Source: Gemmatimonadaceae bacterium
GTDB taxonomy: Bacteria > Gemmatimonadota > Gemmatimonadetes > Gemmatimonadales > Gemmatimonadaceae
Length of the DNA: 51,462 nucleotides
Direction: 5' to 3'
NCBI GenBank assembly: GCA_025450815.1
Contig: JANWLO010000014.1
Span: 1 to 51,462, forward strand
Part shown: positions 33,908-44,626 of the stretch, one piece after another
How positions within the stretch are numbered: the stretch's first letter is position 1
Layout of the letters: each line of letters opens with the position of its first letter
Made by a program: the position numbers and the translations under genes
The notes under the pieces: generated by a model
What the model was told of the DNA's origin: nothing
Databases searched by the model: none
What the model saw: only the letters and a program-made list of their open reading frames with translations

Positions 33908-36484
33908 TCAGGAAGCCTTTCGCATCGCGCACGCGGCGGTCAACGCATCCTCGACGATCGCCGCGAGCTGGTCGGCCTCGAACGGCTTTCGCAGCACCGG
34001 AAGTCGATGCGTCTCGGTGGCCTCGCGCACCGTGGCGCTGTCCGCGAAGCCCGTCATCAGCACAATCGCCACCGGCACCCCGGCACCGAGCAGCCGCGTA
34101 GCCAACTCGAGTCCGGTCTTGCCGGGCATGAGAATATCCGAGAGCACGAGATCAAATCGCAACGGCACCACGCCGAGCAACGCCAGCGCAGTCGACGCGT
34201 CGCCCACCGCCTCCACTTCGTAGCCCATTCGGCGAAGCAGCCGCTGCAGAACGGTGCGCACGCCCTCCTCGTCGTCCACCACCAGAATGCGCCCCGTGCC
34301 GTGCATGGCGCTCGCGTCCGCGCGCGCCGCAGGATGCACGGCCGTGCCGCGCGCGACGGGAAGGTAAAGCGCGATCGTCGTGCCCTGGCCCACCGTGCTC
34401 TCGACGTGAACCTGCCCGCCCGCCTGCTGCACGACACCGAGCACCATCGCCAGGCCGAGACCAGTGCCGGAGCCGATCGCCTTCGTCGTGAAGAACGGCT
34501 CGAAGAGACGGCTCCGAACCTCGGGACTCATTCCGTGACCCGTGTCGTGGACGCTGATCGCAACGTAGTCCCCTGGCGCAAGCACGCCGCGGTCCACAGA
34601 CATTCGCTCCGTGAGCGTCACATTCCTCGTACGCATCGTGAACGAGCCGCCGCTGGGCATCGCGTCGCGCGCGTTCACCGCGAGGTTCAGCAGCGCCTGC
34701 TCGAGCTGGCCCGGATCTATCTCGATTGCCCACGGCCGCTCGGCGACATCGATCTCGAAGCGCGCGGCGTGCTGCATGAGCCGCAGCAGCATGCGCTCCA
34801 CGTGGCTCACGACGACGTTCGGGTCGAGCACCACCGGACGCGTGTCCTGCCGCCGACTGAACGCAAGCAGCTGTTTCGTGAGCGCCGCGGCGCGCTTCGT
34901 CGTCTCCTTGATCTCGAGGGCCGCCTCGCGGCTCGCCGCGAGGTCGCCGTCATCGCTCAGCACAAACTCCGCGTTCGCTCCAATCACCATCAGGAGGTTG
35001 TTGAAATCGTGCGCGATGCCGCCAGCGAGGCGGCCCACGACCTCGAGCTTCTGGGTGTGCTGCAGCTGCTCCTCGAGCGCCGTGCGCTGAGTGATGTCGC
35101 GCGAATTGAGCACGATCCCCTGCACTGCCGCGTCGTCGAGCAGATTGCTCGCCACCGTCTCCATCCACCGTGGCGTTCCGTCCGCGTGCACCATGCGGCA
35201 GCGCAGCGACTCGATAGCGAACGGCGACGCCGCCACGCGCGCGAGCAGCTCCTCCGCCGCCTCGCGGTCATTCGGCGCGACCCAATCCACGAACTTGCGA
35301 TTCGTCCACCGATCCGCTCCGTAGCCGAGCACTCCCTCTATCGCGGGACTCACATACGTGGCGTTGAGCGAAGCGTCGAGTACGAGCACGACGTCGCTCG
35401 AGTGCTGCACGAGCGCTCGGAATCGGGCGTTGCGCGTCGCACGCTCGTCCATCAAACGCGCCGCCTCGCGCGAGGAGATACGCTGCCGAGCGCTCGCGAG
35501 CATCGTGATGAGTAGCGCCCCTACTCCGAGCTCAACCTCCGCACTCTCCCTGTTCTCGCGCATGGCGAGGAAGAGCATCGCAAACGCCAGCCCTACCGCA
35601 ACGAGCGGTATCTCGGCCATCCACGTGGTAGTCGGATCGACGCGGGCGCCCTCGGGCCGGGATGTCTTCTCGAGCTGCGCCATTGCGGCGACGATGAGAA
35701 TCACGTTCCCTGCCAGCCAGAACACGTCGATGAGCGTGTTGCGCTGATTCTGGCCAACCATGGTGAGATAACCGTACCAGAAGTCGCCGACTGCCGAGCA
35801 GAGATACGCGAGCCCGATGTATCCGAAGATGCGCCGATTGCGATCGTCGGAGGATCGAACGAGGAGCATCGCTGCAGCAATCAGTACCGCGAGGTCGGCC
35901 ACGGGGTACCCGAGGACGAGAGCCTGGCTCGCGAGTGTCGTCGTCCCGATGAAGGCGCCGGTGCGCACACACCAATACCAGAAGATCATCGCGCCGCTCA
36001 GCGCGATCGTGGCAATGTCGAAGAGAAAGGTGAGCCGGTCAGCGCGACGACGCGGAGCGCTCGGGAAATACACGAGGCCGGCGAACGCGAAGACGTAGCC
36101 CGCCGCGAAGATCACGTTGATCCACGGCTGGAGCTCCTGGCGGTGGAAAGCGATCTGATACACGGACCAGGTGATCGACCCGAAGGCGTTGAACATGGAC
36201 GCGATCATCATCAACAGCCACGCGCGCTGTGTTGCCGGCTCCCCTCGAGCGGATCGGGACGCGAGGTAGGTCCAGTAGACCACCCCCAGGTCCGCTGCGG
36301 CGAAGTACGCCGAGTCCGCGATCAGTGCTGGTCGATTGTCGAGCAGGTGTGCGTTCGCGAACGCCCGGACGAGGGAATAGCTTAGAAGCGCGACCAGCGC
36401 GATCGCGGGCGCGCCGAGCGCGGTGCGCCAGCGCGAGAGCTGGCGTTCCGGGCCTCTAACAGGGGTAACCGCGGATTCCGGCAC
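33908..36484 (-). CDS. Hybrid sensor histidine kinase / response regulator (multi-TM sensor, PAS, HisKA, HATPase_c, REC)
   Basis: About 8 predicted TM helices at the N-terminus, a PAS-like region, H-box GGIAHDFNNLL, N/G boxes NLAVNARDAMP and GTGLGLAMV, and a receiver ILVVDDEEGV...DLVLSDILMPGKTG. Confidence 0.9.
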   Translation of the reverse strand: MPESAVTPVRGPERQLSRWRTALGAPAIALVALLSYSLVRAFANAHLLDNRPALIADSAYFAAADLGVVYWTYLASRSARGEPATQRAWLLMMIASMFNAFGSITWSVYQIAFHRQELQPWINVIFAAGYVFAFAGLVYFPSAPRRRADRLTFLFDIATIALSGAMIFWYWCVRTGAFIGTTTLASQALVLGYPVADLAVLIAAAMLLVRSSDDRNRRIFGYIGLAYLCSAVGDFWYGYLTMVGQNQRNTLIDVFWLAGNVILIVAAMAQLEKTSRPEGARVDPTTTWMAEIPLVAVGLAFAMLFLAMRENRESAEVELGVGALLITMLASARQRISSREAARLMDERATRNARFRALVQHSSDVVLVLDASLNATYVSPAIEGVLGYGADRWTNRKFVDWVAPNDREAAEELLARVAASPFAIESLRCRMVHADGTPRWMETVASNLLDDAAVQGIVLNSRDITQRTALEEQLQHTQKLEVVGRLAGGIAHDFNNLLMVIGANAEFVLSDDGDLAASREAALEIKETTKRAAALTKQLLAFSRRQDTRPVVLDPNVVVSHVERMLLRLMQHAARFEIDVAERPWAIEIDPGQLEQALLNLAVNARDAMPSGGSFTMRTRNVTLTERMSVDRGVLAPGDYVAISVHDTGHGMSPEVRSRLFEPFFTTKAIGSGTGLGLAMVLGVVQQAGGQVHVESTVGQGTTIALYLPVARGTAVHPAARADASAMHGTGRILVVDDEEGVRTVLQRLLRRMGYEVEAVGDASTALALLGVVPLRFDLVLSDILMPGKTGLELATRLLGAGVPVAIVLMTGFADSATVREATETHRLPVLRKPFEADQLAAIVEDALTAACAMRKAS

Positions 36485-36595
36485 GTCTTAAGTCTCGGTG
36501 GAAACGGGTATGGACTTGAGCAGGCACGGAGCATGAATGCAACCTTGGGCACCGCCCTATCGGCGCGCGCGCCTTTCTTCGAATCGGAGCACCAG

Positions 36596-36865
36596 ATGAC
36601 GACGAGCAGCCGTACCGACTGGATGAACCATCCCGAGCTTCGCCGATTGGTGGACGATTCGAACCGTTTGACCCTCGCCGAGCGCGTTACGCTCGTGAAG
36701 GGGTTGATTCCGGGAATTGCGGATGAACAGACAGCCGAGCAGTTCGCCGCCTTCGTCGAAGAGATGCGGTTGAAGGGCAACCGCTTCAACGAGGCGAAGT
36801 CGCATCCCGGCGAAGGGCGTGCAACCCGGAGCGTTCCGGGCGAGCGCGACATCGAGAGCCGCTGA
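36596..36865 (+). CDS. Small hypothetical protein
   Basis: GGAG 6 nt upstream of the ATG at 36596. 89 aa with ordinary composition (MTTSSRTDWMNHPELRRLVDD...). No motif recognised. Confidence 0.45.
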   Translation: MTTSSRTDWMNHPELRRLVDDSNRLTLAERVTLVKGLIPGIADEQTAEQFAAFVEEMRLKGNRFNEAKSHPGEGRATRSVPGERDIESR

Positions 36866-36877
36866 GGGGCGCTCGAC

Positions 36878-37354
36878 TCAGCGGCGCTCGGACAGAGACT
36901 GCGCGCGGCGCCGCTCGGCAACCTCGTGGAGCAGGCGGTCCTCCGCCGTCTCGAGGGTTAGCGGTGGCACGGGGGCGGGTTTGCCGTCGCCATCAAGGTG
37001 CACGAAGGTGAGCCAGCACTCGTTCGCGTGCCGACGCGTCCCCAGCGCGATGTTTTCGGCGTAGACGTTGGCCAGCACGGCCATCGAGCTGTTGCCGACG
37101 AACACGACGCGTGAACGAATCTCTACGAGCTCGCCCACCCAGATGGGCTCCTTGAAGAGGATCTTGTCGATCGAGAGCGTGGTCGCCTGACCGCCGGCGT
37201 GGCGCATCGCGCTGAGCGCGGCGCAACGATCCACCATGCTCATGATCACGCCGCCGAACACCGACGGGTGGCGCAAGCCGTTCGCATGCTGCGGCATCAT
37301 GAGGTCGGCAATGATGGCCTCCGACTGCCGCGGCGTTTTCGGCAGCGGGTTCAC
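36878..37354 (-). CDS. Acyl-CoA thioesterase (hotdog fold, YciA-like)
   Basis: ADLMMPQHANGLRHPSVFGGVIMSMVD....TTLSIDKILFKEPIWVGELVEIRSRVVFVGNSSM is the typical 4HBT/acyl-CoA hydrolase pattern. Confidence 0.8.
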   Translation of the reverse strand: MNPLPKTPRQSEAIIADLMMPQHANGLRHPSVFGGVIMSMVDRCAALSAMRHAGGQATTLSIDKILFKEPIWVGELVEIRSRVVFVGNSSMAVLANVYAENIALGTRRHANECWLTFVHLDGDGKPAPVPPLTLETAEDRLLHEVAERRRAQSLSERR

Positions 37355-38571
37355 GAGCGTGCTCTCGTGTGGCTTCGGGTCGGGTGATCGCGGCGCGGCA
37401 GTGCACGCAAATGCGATTCGGCGTCAGCCGCAAGGCGAATCCGGCCGAGGCGTGGGGACGCGGTGTGTGCGGACGCGGCGCGCACGTCGTCGGAGTAGAG
37501 CGCGGCTTCGTCGAATGCGCGCGCGAGCGCTCGGCGAGTTGCGCTATCGGCGCTCGCACTATCCACCCAGAAAATGCGGCGCGGCAGCGCGGGGAGCTCG
37601 GAGATCTTCCACTCGTGCCCCGTGCTGTCGACGAGCGAGAGCGTGGCGCTGTCGTCGCGCGTGGGACGCGCGACGACACGGTAGTTGGCGTGTGACCAGC
37701 GGACGACCGAACCCTCCCTGGCCATTGGGAGTCCATCGCGCGCGTCCCGCCACCATCCGGGCGCGGACCCGGGACTGGGCGGGAGCGGAAGAGTATAGCC
37801 ACCGGCGCGCGTTCCGTGCCCCGGCGCGTAGAACTTGACCGCGGGCTCGCCATCCACCTCGGCGATGTTGAAGCTCGCGTCGTCGAAGCGGAAGTCGCCG
37901 GCGGCTCGCGCGGCGTCGTGCGAGGCCGAGTCGCGCCGCGCGCGCAGCGAGTCCCGCGCCTGCGCGAATAGCGTGCGCCCTCGCCGCAGAATGTACGGGC
38001 CGTTGCGCTCACCGAAGATATCGGCCACGGACGGCATGGCAGCGTCACGCAGGTCGACCACGCCACGTCGCGCCGTGTGCCACTCCTCGCTGCCGGTGAC
38101 TGTGAGATCCGCCTTGTATTCGTACGAGAGGTACTGGCCATGCTGAGCCACGGTATTCAGCTCGCTCTGCGCAGTGACGTGCGGCTCCGCGTCGGGCTCC
38201 TCGTCGGCCTCCAGGGGATGGTCGCGCGGGTGCGCGCGCCCATACCAGCGCGCGATTCCGGAGATGGTGGTGTCGTCGAAGACGAGCGCTGAATCGTCGC
38301 TCAGAAGGTCGCGCTTGTACATCTGCTGACCGACTATGAGCGCATCCGTGTAGGAGCGGTCATCGTCCGTTATGTAGACCTCGTAGTAGCGGCCGCGGAA
38401 GCGGGCGAGGTGGAGCGGCGATCCACGCGACCGGATCCCCTGTGCGCCACTGTGCACCCAGAACGTCGAGTCGCCGGCGAGCACGAGGAACTCCCCTGCG
38501 GGGGGAGTACGGAGCGGCGGCCGGCAGGCGGCAGCGACGATGATCAGCAGGAGGATGAAGCGGCGTGGCAT
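37351..38571 (-). CDS. Hypothetical lipoprotein
   Basis: MPRRFILLLIIVAAAC lipobox when started at the ATG at 38571. No domain recognised. There is a 4-nt overlap with the thioesterase gene. Confidence 0.55.
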   Translation of the reverse strand: MPRRFILLLIIVAAACRPPLRTPPAGEFLVLAGDSTFWVHSGAQGIRSRGSPLHLARFRGRYYEVYITDDDRSYTDALIVGQQMYKRDLLSDDSALVFDDTTISGIARWYGRAHPRDHPLEADEEPDAEPHVTAQSELNTVAQHGQYLSYEYKADLTVTGSEEWHTARRGVVDLRDAAMPSVADIFGERNGPYILRRGRTLFAQARDSLRARRDSASHDAARAAGDFRFDDASFNIAEVDGEPAVKFYAPGHGTRAGGYTLPLPPSPGSAPGWWRDARDGLPMAREGSVVRWSHANYRVVARPTRDDSATLSLVDSTGHEWKISELPALPRRIFWVDSASADSATRRALARAFDEAALYSDDVRAASAHTASPRLGRIRLAADAESHLRALPRRDHPTRSHTRARS

Positions 38572-38678
38572 GCGCTGCGGAATATAGCGTGTGACGGAAG
38601 CGGGAGCTTCGTCGTAATTTACCGGCATCGCGTCGCGACGCCGCGATTCCTCTCCCTCAGCAGAGCATTCCCCTCGAC

Positions 38679-39854
38679 ATGCGCAGCATACCTCTCCTTT
38701 TCCTGACGCTCGCGGCCTGCGGCGCGGGTGAAGGAAATCGTGCGGCCGTCGCCCAGGAGCCGGCTCATCCCGCCATCACTCCCGCCGCGGTTGCCGCGGA
38801 GACGACGCATGCATTCGCGGACGACTCCCAGATCGTTCGCGCGCTATACGTGAACCGTTGGGCGTCGCAGAGCCCGAAGCGGATGGCGGAGCTGATCGCC
38901 ATCGCAGACTCCACGGAGATCAACGCCTTCGTGATCGACATGAAAGACGAATTCGGGTTGAACTTCGAGTCGTCCGACACACTGGTGAAGCGCAATGCCG
39001 GCAATGCGGGACACGTGCCGCACCTGAAGGAGATGCTCGACACGCTGCATGCGCATCACATTCTGCCGATTGCGCGGCTCGTGACGTTCAAGGACTCGGT
39101 GGCGGCGCGCAACAATCCTCAGCACGTGATCCGCAAGCCTGATGGCACGCCCTGGCGCGACAAGAAGGGGCTCACGTGGGTGGATCCGTACGATCATGCG
39201 ATCTGGGAATACGACATCCGCGTTGCCGTGGAGATGGCGAAGATGGGTTTCGGCGAAGTGCAGTTCGACTACATCCGCTTCCCGGAGCCGTACAAGAGTC
39301 TACCGGACCAGGTGTTCAAGGACGCCAACGGCGTCACGAAGCCCAAGGCGCTCGCCCAGTTCTTTCGCACGGCGTGTCCGCGCGTGCACGCGGCGGGCGC
39401 GCGCTGCACCGCCGACATCTTCGGGCTCGTGACTACAGTGCCGGGCGCACTCGAGATCGGACAGCAGTGGGAAGAGCTGGCGCCGCTCGCAGACGTGCTG
39501 CTGCCCATGGTGTATCCGTCGCACTACCCGCACGGATCCTTCGGCGTGGAGCGGCCCAATTCGGAGCCGTACAAGATCGTGTACGCCGCGATCCACCGCG
39601 CGCACGAGCGCGACATCAAGCTGGGGATCACAGCCGGCAATCACGTGCGGCCGTGGCTGCAGGCGTTCTCCCTCAAGGGGATGACGCCGAAGTACGGCGC
39701 AGCGGAGCTCGAGGAGCAGAAGCGAGCGGTGTACGACGCGGGCTACGACGGCTGGACGCTCTGGAACCCGGGCTCGGTGTACGAGCCATTTCTCGCGGGA
39801 CTCGAGAAGAAAGAAGTCTCGCGGAAGAAGCCGTTCGTTACGAAGACGAAATGA
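38679..39854 (+). CDS. Putative glycoside-hydrolase-like lipoprotein (DUF4015 / GHL family)
   Basis: Lipobox LFLTLAAC. ALYVNRWASQS...INAFVIDMKDEFG...WVDPYDHAIWEYDIRVAVEMAKMGFGEVQFDYIRFP resembles the DUF4015 TIM-barrel family. Confidence 0.65.
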   Translation: MRSIPLLFLTLAACGAGEGNRAAVAQEPAHPAITPAAVAAETTHAFADDSQIVRALYVNRWASQSPKRMAELIAIADSTEINAFVIDMKDEFGLNFESSDTLVKRNAGNAGHVPHLKEMLDTLHAHHILPIARLVTFKDSVAARNNPQHVIRKPDGTPWRDKKGLTWVDPYDHAIWEYDIRVAVEMAKMGFGEVQFDYIRFPEPYKSLPDQVFKDANGVTKPKALAQFFRTACPRVHAAGARCTADIFGLVTTVPGALEIGQQWEELAPLADVLLPMVYPSHYPHGSFGVERPNSEPYKIVYAAIHRAHERDIKLGITAGNHVRPWLQAFSLKGMTPKYGAAELEEQKRAVYDAGYDGWTLWNPGSVYEPFLAGLEKKEVSRKKPFVTKTK

Positions 39855-41094
39855 CGCGCACTGCATCCACCAACCGCTCGACTTCCTCGCTGGTAGTGTA
39901 GCAAGCGAAGCCCGCGCGCACCCATCCGGAGCTGGAGAGTCCCATCCGCTCCGCGATGGTCGCCGCGTAGAAGTTGCCATTCGGCGCAAACACTCCCGCA
40001 TTGGCGGCGAGCCGCAGCGCGACTTCGCGCGAATCGACTCCCTTCACCGTGAACGATGCCGTAGGCGAGCGCGGCGCGTCGCTCGGCGGCAGCCCGTAGA
40101 GCGTGACTCCGCGAATGCTCGCTAGCCCGCGCCAGAGCGCATCGAACAACGGAACGCAGCGCTTGTGAATCGCGTCGTACGCACTAGCCAGTCGCGCACG
40201 CCGGGTGTTGCCCGTCCCGAGCGACGCGAGAAAATCGATCGCCGCCGTCGCGCCCGCGAGCGCCTCGAAGTTCAGAGTTCCCGTCTCCCACCGATCCGGC
40301 GCATGGTTGGGTGCGGGGGCGAGCTTCGCGACGTCGAGCGCGGCGAGAAGCTCTTGCCTGCCGTACAGAATTCCGAGATGCGGACCGTACATTTTGTACG
40401 CTGAGCAGGCGAGGAAATCGCAGTCGATGTCGCGCACGTCCACGAGCGTGTGCGGTGCGTACGCGACCGCATCCACGAATACGCGAGCGCCGCGCTCGTG
40501 CGCGAGGTCGGTCGCGGCGCGCACGTTGGTGACGGTGCCGAGGGCATTCGACGACGCTCCGATTGCGAGCAGCTTCGTGCGCGCCGTGATCTTCCGTTCG
40601 AGGTCGGACCAGTCGAGCATCCCCGTCGCGGTTTCCATGCGCACCACGCGGATCACCGCGCCACGTTCCGCCGCGAGCCGCGTCCAGGGTGCGACGTTCG
40701 CGTGGTGGTCCAGCTCCGTCACTACGATCTCGTCGCCCGGCGCCAATGTCGGCGCGAGCGCGCGAGAGAGATGGAAGGCTAGCGAGGTCATGTTCGCGCC
40801 GAACGCGACTTCGTTGGGCGCGGCGTTCAACAGATCCGCGGCTGCCGCGCGCGCGGCGTCGATCGTGGCGTCCGTCTCGGCGCTGGAGGGATACGCCCAG
40901 TGCGAGTTCGCGTTGTGGTGGAGCATGTAGTCGCGCATCGCATCGACGACGCTCGTGGGCACCTGCGTTCCGCCCGGTGCGTCGAAGTAGGCCACCCGAT
41001 GCCCGCCGTGCACGCGCTCGAGCGCGGGGAACCGTGCGCGAATGTCCTCGACTGTTGGCGCTTGCGCGCGATCGTGCCGCACCGCAGTCGTCAC
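39838..41094 (-). CDS. Class V aminotransferase-fold PLP enzyme (cysteine desulfurase-like)
   Basis: Family pattern FDAPGGTQVP...VVTELDHHANVAPW...CDFLACSAYKMYGPHLGILYG (PLP Lys). Start placed at the GTG at 41094, which overlaps the upstream TGA (GTGA). The track start at 41115 is also possible. Confidence 0.8.
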   Translation of the reverse strand: MTTAVRHDRAQAPTVEDIRARFPALERVHGGHRVAYFDAPGGTQVPTSVVDAMRDYMLHHNANSHWAYPSSAETDATIDAARAAAADLLNAAPNEVAFGANMTSLAFHLSRALAPTLAPGDEIVVTELDHHANVAPWTRLAAERGAVIRVVRMETATGMLDWSDLERKITARTKLLAIGASSNALGTVTNVRAATDLAHERGARVFVDAVAYAPHTLVDVRDIDCDFLACSAYKMYGPHLGILYGRQELLAALDVAKLAPAPNHAPDRWETGTLNFEALAGATAAIDFLASLGTGNTRRARLASAYDAIHKRCVPLFDALWRGLASIRGVTLYGLPPSDAPRSPTASFTVKGVDSREVALRLAANAGVFAPNGNFYAATIAERMGLSSSGWVRAGFACYTTSEEVERLVDAVRVISSS

Positions 41095-41987
41095 TTGATC
41101 TCCACGCCCGCCCACTGCTCGATCGCGCGAATGGCTTCGACGTGGTCGGCCTCCTCGCCGAGCATCGCGTGTGCGACGCGAAAGAGCTCGCTCGTGAGCT
41201 GGAGCAGCGGCGACGGCACCTTCTGCTCGCGCGCGACACCGGCGGCGATTGCGACGTCCTTGTCCAGGAGCGCGAGGCGGAACGTACGCGGAAATGCGCG
41301 CGTGAGCACGCGCTCGGGGATGAGCTTCTCCGTCGTGCGACTCATGCCGCTGGAGGAGTTGATGACGTCGAGCGCCACGGCCGGCGACACGCCCGCCTTC
41401 GTGAGCGCCGCGAGCCCCTCGCCGGCGGCCCAGACGTGGATCGCGAGCAGCGCGTTGTTCACCGCCTTCACCGCATCACCAGATCCCGTGGGGCCGCACA
41501 GCACGATCTTCTCGCCGAAGGCGCGCAACACGGGAGTCGCGCGCTCGAAGAGCGACGCGTCGCCGCCGCACATCACCGTGAGCGTTCCCTTCTCCGCGCC
41601 CGACGTGCCGCCGCTCACGGGCGCGTCGATGTAGTCGACGCCGATCGCGGCGAGACGCGCGGCGATCCTGCGCGACGTCGCGGGATCGCCGGAGGTGCAG
41701 TCGATCACCATCGTGCCGCGCGCGACTCCGGCAAGAAGTCCGTCCGCGCCGTCGAGTAGCGCGTCGACATCCTGCGAGGTCGGCAGACAGAGAAGCACGA
41801 ACTCGGCGCCGCGCGCGGCGTCCGCGGGCGATTTCGCGACGCGCACGCCGGTGCCGGCGGCGAATGCAAACGTACGCGCTTTGGCCGCGGTACGGTTCCA
41901 GACAGCGAGCTCGTACGGCGGTTGCGCCAGATGGCGCGCCATCGGCGCGCCAATCGCACCAAGGCCGAGGAACGCGACGCGTGTCAT
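41091..41987 (-). CDS. NAD(P)-dependent 3-hydroxyisobutyrate / 6-phosphogluconate dehydrogenase-family oxidoreductase
   Basis: Rossmann motif VAFLGLGAIGAPMARHL, followed by DAPVSGGTSGAEKGTLTVMCGG and GSGDAVKAVNN. Confidence 0.85.
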   Translation of the reverse strand: MTRVAFLGLGAIGAPMARHLAQPPYELAVWNRTAAKARTFAFAAGTGVRVAKSPADAARGAEFVLLCLPTSQDVDALLDGADGLLAGVARGTMVIDCTSGDPATSRRIAARLAAIGVDYIDAPVSGGTSGAEKGTLTVMCGGDASLFERATPVLRAFGEKIVLCGPTGSGDAVKAVNNALLAIHVWAAGEGLAALTKAGVSPAVALDVINSSSGMSRTTEKLIPERVLTRAFPRTFRLALLDKDVAIAAGVAREQKVPSPLLQLTSELFRVAHAMLGEEADHVEAIRAIEQWAGVEIK

Positions 41988-42020
41988 GATGCGCGAAATA
42001 TGGTCAGGGACACCCGAATC

Positions 42021-44600
42021 TCACAGGCTGAACCAGTACGAGGCCTTGATCAGGAAGGTGTTGTCCGGATGAATGGCGTAAAGGTCGCGCGCGCTGCCGT
42101 GCACGTCGAAGTTCCCGAACGCGGACCCATCGTTTTCAAAGCTCCGCCCCTGCGTCCATACCGCATAGATCGCCGAGCCCGCCCGGTATTCCCAGCGCAG
42201 CACGACGTTCGACCGAAACTCTGCGACGTCGAAGTTGTACTCGGACACGCCCGCCTCCGTGCCGTACGGGTGGAACCGCAGCGCGTAGTTTGCGTTGCGC
42301 CCGTCCGCGAGCTCGCGCCAGTCCGTGTACTTCCCGCTGCTCGCGAACGGCTGGGCATAGACCTGCAACGATAGCTTCGGGGTGAGCGTGTAGTCGACCC
42401 GCGCCGTGAGCGATACCGTGTTCTGATCGATGTGGCCGAAGGTGTAACTCGTGTCGCTGCCGTCGCTCGCGATCAGGTTGTCCACCCACTGATTGTTGTC
42501 CGAGTTGTGCTCGAAGTGCGGCGCGAGTGTGCCCGTGAAGCTTCTGGAAAGTCGAAACGCGAGCGATGGGTCCACGCCGAATCCCCACGACTGCGCTCCG
42601 CGCGCGCGCCAGGCGTAGGCGCCCAGCGACGGAAGGAGGCGCAGGCGAGGATCGCCGTCGATCTCGAGCGAAGCATCGGTGTAGGGCACGCGCCGCAGCA
42701 CGGGTCCGCCGCGCGATGCGCGATCGTCGTACACCGGAATGAAGCGGTGCCACATGACCGTGCCGTGTGCCCACCAGCTGTTCGTCAGCTCCGCGTCGGC
42801 GGTGACGCCGGCATCGTTGTCCGTGAGATCGGACGAGCTGATGCGCGCGGAGTTCCACTGATTGTGCTGCATGGCGTTCACGAACAGAGTGCGGTAGAAC
42901 TTCGTCGGCTTGACGAGATCGAGCCCGAGCCACGTGCTCTGTCGCTGCAATCCCGCCTCGGTGAGGAAGCCGATGTCATTTACCTCGAAGCCAGGCGAGT
43001 AGCGGTAGAATCCTTCGAAGAACTGCAGCGTGCCGCTCACCTTCTCGAACGCGAGGCGCTCCGCGTCGCCGCCGAGGGCAGTACGCGTAGTGTCGTAGCG
43101 CTCACCGTCGTCCGGCTTCTGGTAGTAGTGAGTGCTGTTCGCCTGCGTAATCGCGATCGCCTGCGGCGACCCCGAAACCTCGCTTTTCACCAGGTAGCCG
43201 GAAAGGCGATAGTCGCGGTCGAGAAAATCGCGCCGAAAATCAAGACCTCCCGAGTAGCCCGTGCGCCGCAGCGAGTCGGCGGCGAACGCATCGAGCTGCC
43301 GGCTTACACCTGTGAGCATGACGCCAATGTTCCCCTTGCCGTCGCTGATCTCCTGCTGCGCCCGGCCCACGAAATAGTTCGCACGCGGTTCGATCGTCTG
43401 CCCCAGCGAGCCCACTTCGCGTTGCGTCACGGCATCGAGCACACCAACCGATAGCCCGTGCTGTGTGCGGCCGGTGAGCTTGGCCGCACCGATGATCGAT
43501 GTGCTCGTGGGGAGCAGTGCGGTTGTGGACGTGTCCGTGATCTCGGGCGAGCGGCCGATGCGCCGCGAGTAGAACAAACCGCTGCACGCCGGGCCGTGAC
43601 ACTGGAGATCGAAGCGGAAAATCCCGGAGCCTTCGATGAAGAACGGGCGCTTCTCCTGATAGAACGTCTCGAACGCGGAGAGATTGAGCACCGCCGGATC
43701 CGCCTCGACCTGGCCGAAGTCGGGATTCACGGTTGCATCGAGCGTGAAGTTCGATGTCACTCCGTACTTGGCGTCCGCGCCAACGGTGATCTGCTGCGCG
43801 TGACCGTAAACGAGCGCCGGCGTGGTGGTCGTGATGTTCTTCGTCACGGCGTACGGCATCACCTCCAGATGGCGCGGTGTGCCGAGCGCCCCGATGCCCG
43901 TGAGCTCGCCGAATTGGGACGCGATTCCCGTGCGGTCTCGCAGGATGAGTGGCCAGCTGTCACGCTCGTTCAGCCGTGCTATGTCGCGGACGATGCTGAA
44001 CCCGAACACGTGCTCCTGGCCACGCGGAAAGCGCATCTGACTGAACGGCACGCGGTACTCGGCCGTCCACCCCTGCGCATCGATGGCAGTGGCCACGTCC
44101 CACACGCCGTCCCACGAGGGGTCCTCCTCGCTGTCGTTGAAGGTGTAGAAGTCGCTCTTGACGCCTTTCGGATTGACGGCGAGCTCGTAGCCGGTTCGCC
44201 GATCGTGGTACGAGTCGATCATGATCTTCACGCGATCGGACGGCGTGGCGACGTCGCGGCGGCTGAGGAATGCGCGGATGCTGTCAGGGTGCGGATCGAA
44301 GCAGCGGACGAACACGTAGAGGTAGCGATCGTCGTAGGCGACCTTCACGGTCGTGCGGAAGGACGGCGCCGCGCCGCTCGAGGGCGCGAACTGCTGGAAC
44401 TCGGTGATCGCGGGCGCACTGCGCCAGATCGCGTCGTCGTCCGTGCCGTCGAGCGTGCGCGGCGCCCCCGCGCGCACGGCGACAGCGTTACGCACCACCG
44501 GCGCGGAATCCGCGCGTGGGGGACCGGCGTTCGCCGCGAGCGACTGCGCGGCGAGCGCGATGGGAGCGAGCGATGCGACGAGCGACAGCGCGAGTGACAA
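42021..44600 (-). CDS. DUF5916 / CBM9-like outer-membrane-associated protein
   Basis: Signal-like N-terminus, a CBM9-like start (DGTDDDAIWRSAP...YDDRYLYVFVRC), then a long beta-rich region ending in ASYWFSL. The start is a TTG only 26 nt downstream of the preceding gene's stop. Confidence 0.65.
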   Translation of the reverse strand: MSLALSLVASLAPIALAAQSLAANAGPPRADSAPVVRNAVAVRAGAPRTLDGTDDDAIWRSAPAITEFQQFAPSSGAAPSFRTTVKVAYDDRYLYVFVRCFDPHPDSIRAFLSRRDVATPSDRVKIMIDSYHDRRTGYELAVNPKGVKSDFYTFNDSEEDPSWDGVWDVATAIDAQGWTAEYRVPFSQMRFPRGQEHVFGFSIVRDIARLNERDSWPLILRDRTGIASQFGELTGIGALGTPRHLEVMPYAVTKNITTTTPALVYGHAQQITVGADAKYGVTSNFTLDATVNPDFGQVEADPAVLNLSAFETFYQEKRPFFIEGSGIFRFDLQCHGPACSGLFYSRRIGRSPEITDTSTTALLPTSTSIIGAAKLTGRTQHGLSVGVLDAVTQREVGSLGQTIEPRANYFVGRAQQEISDGKGNIGVMLTGVSRQLDAFAADSLRRTGYSGGLDFRRDFLDRDYRLSGYLVKSEVSGSPQAIAITQANSTHYYQKPDDGERYDTTRTALGGDAERLAFEKVSGTLQFFEGFYRYSPGFEVNDIGFLTEAGLQRQSTWLGLDLVKPTKFYRTLFVNAMQHNQWNSARISSSDLTDNDAGVTADAELTNSWWAHGTVMWHRFIPVYDDRASRGGPVLRRVPYTDASLEIDGDPRLRLLPSLGAYAWRARGAQSWGFGVDPSLAFRLSRSFTGTLAPHFEHNSDNNQWVDNLIASDGSDTSYTFGHIDQNTVSLTARVDYTLTPKLSLQVYAQPFASSGKYTDWRELADGRNANYALRFHPYGTEAGVSEYNFDVAEFRSNVVLRWEYRAGSAIYAVWTQGRSFENDGSAFGNFDVHGSARDLYAIHPDNTFLIKASYWFSL

Positions 44601-44626
44601 GCGAATTCCTGCTCGTGTGTGAGAGG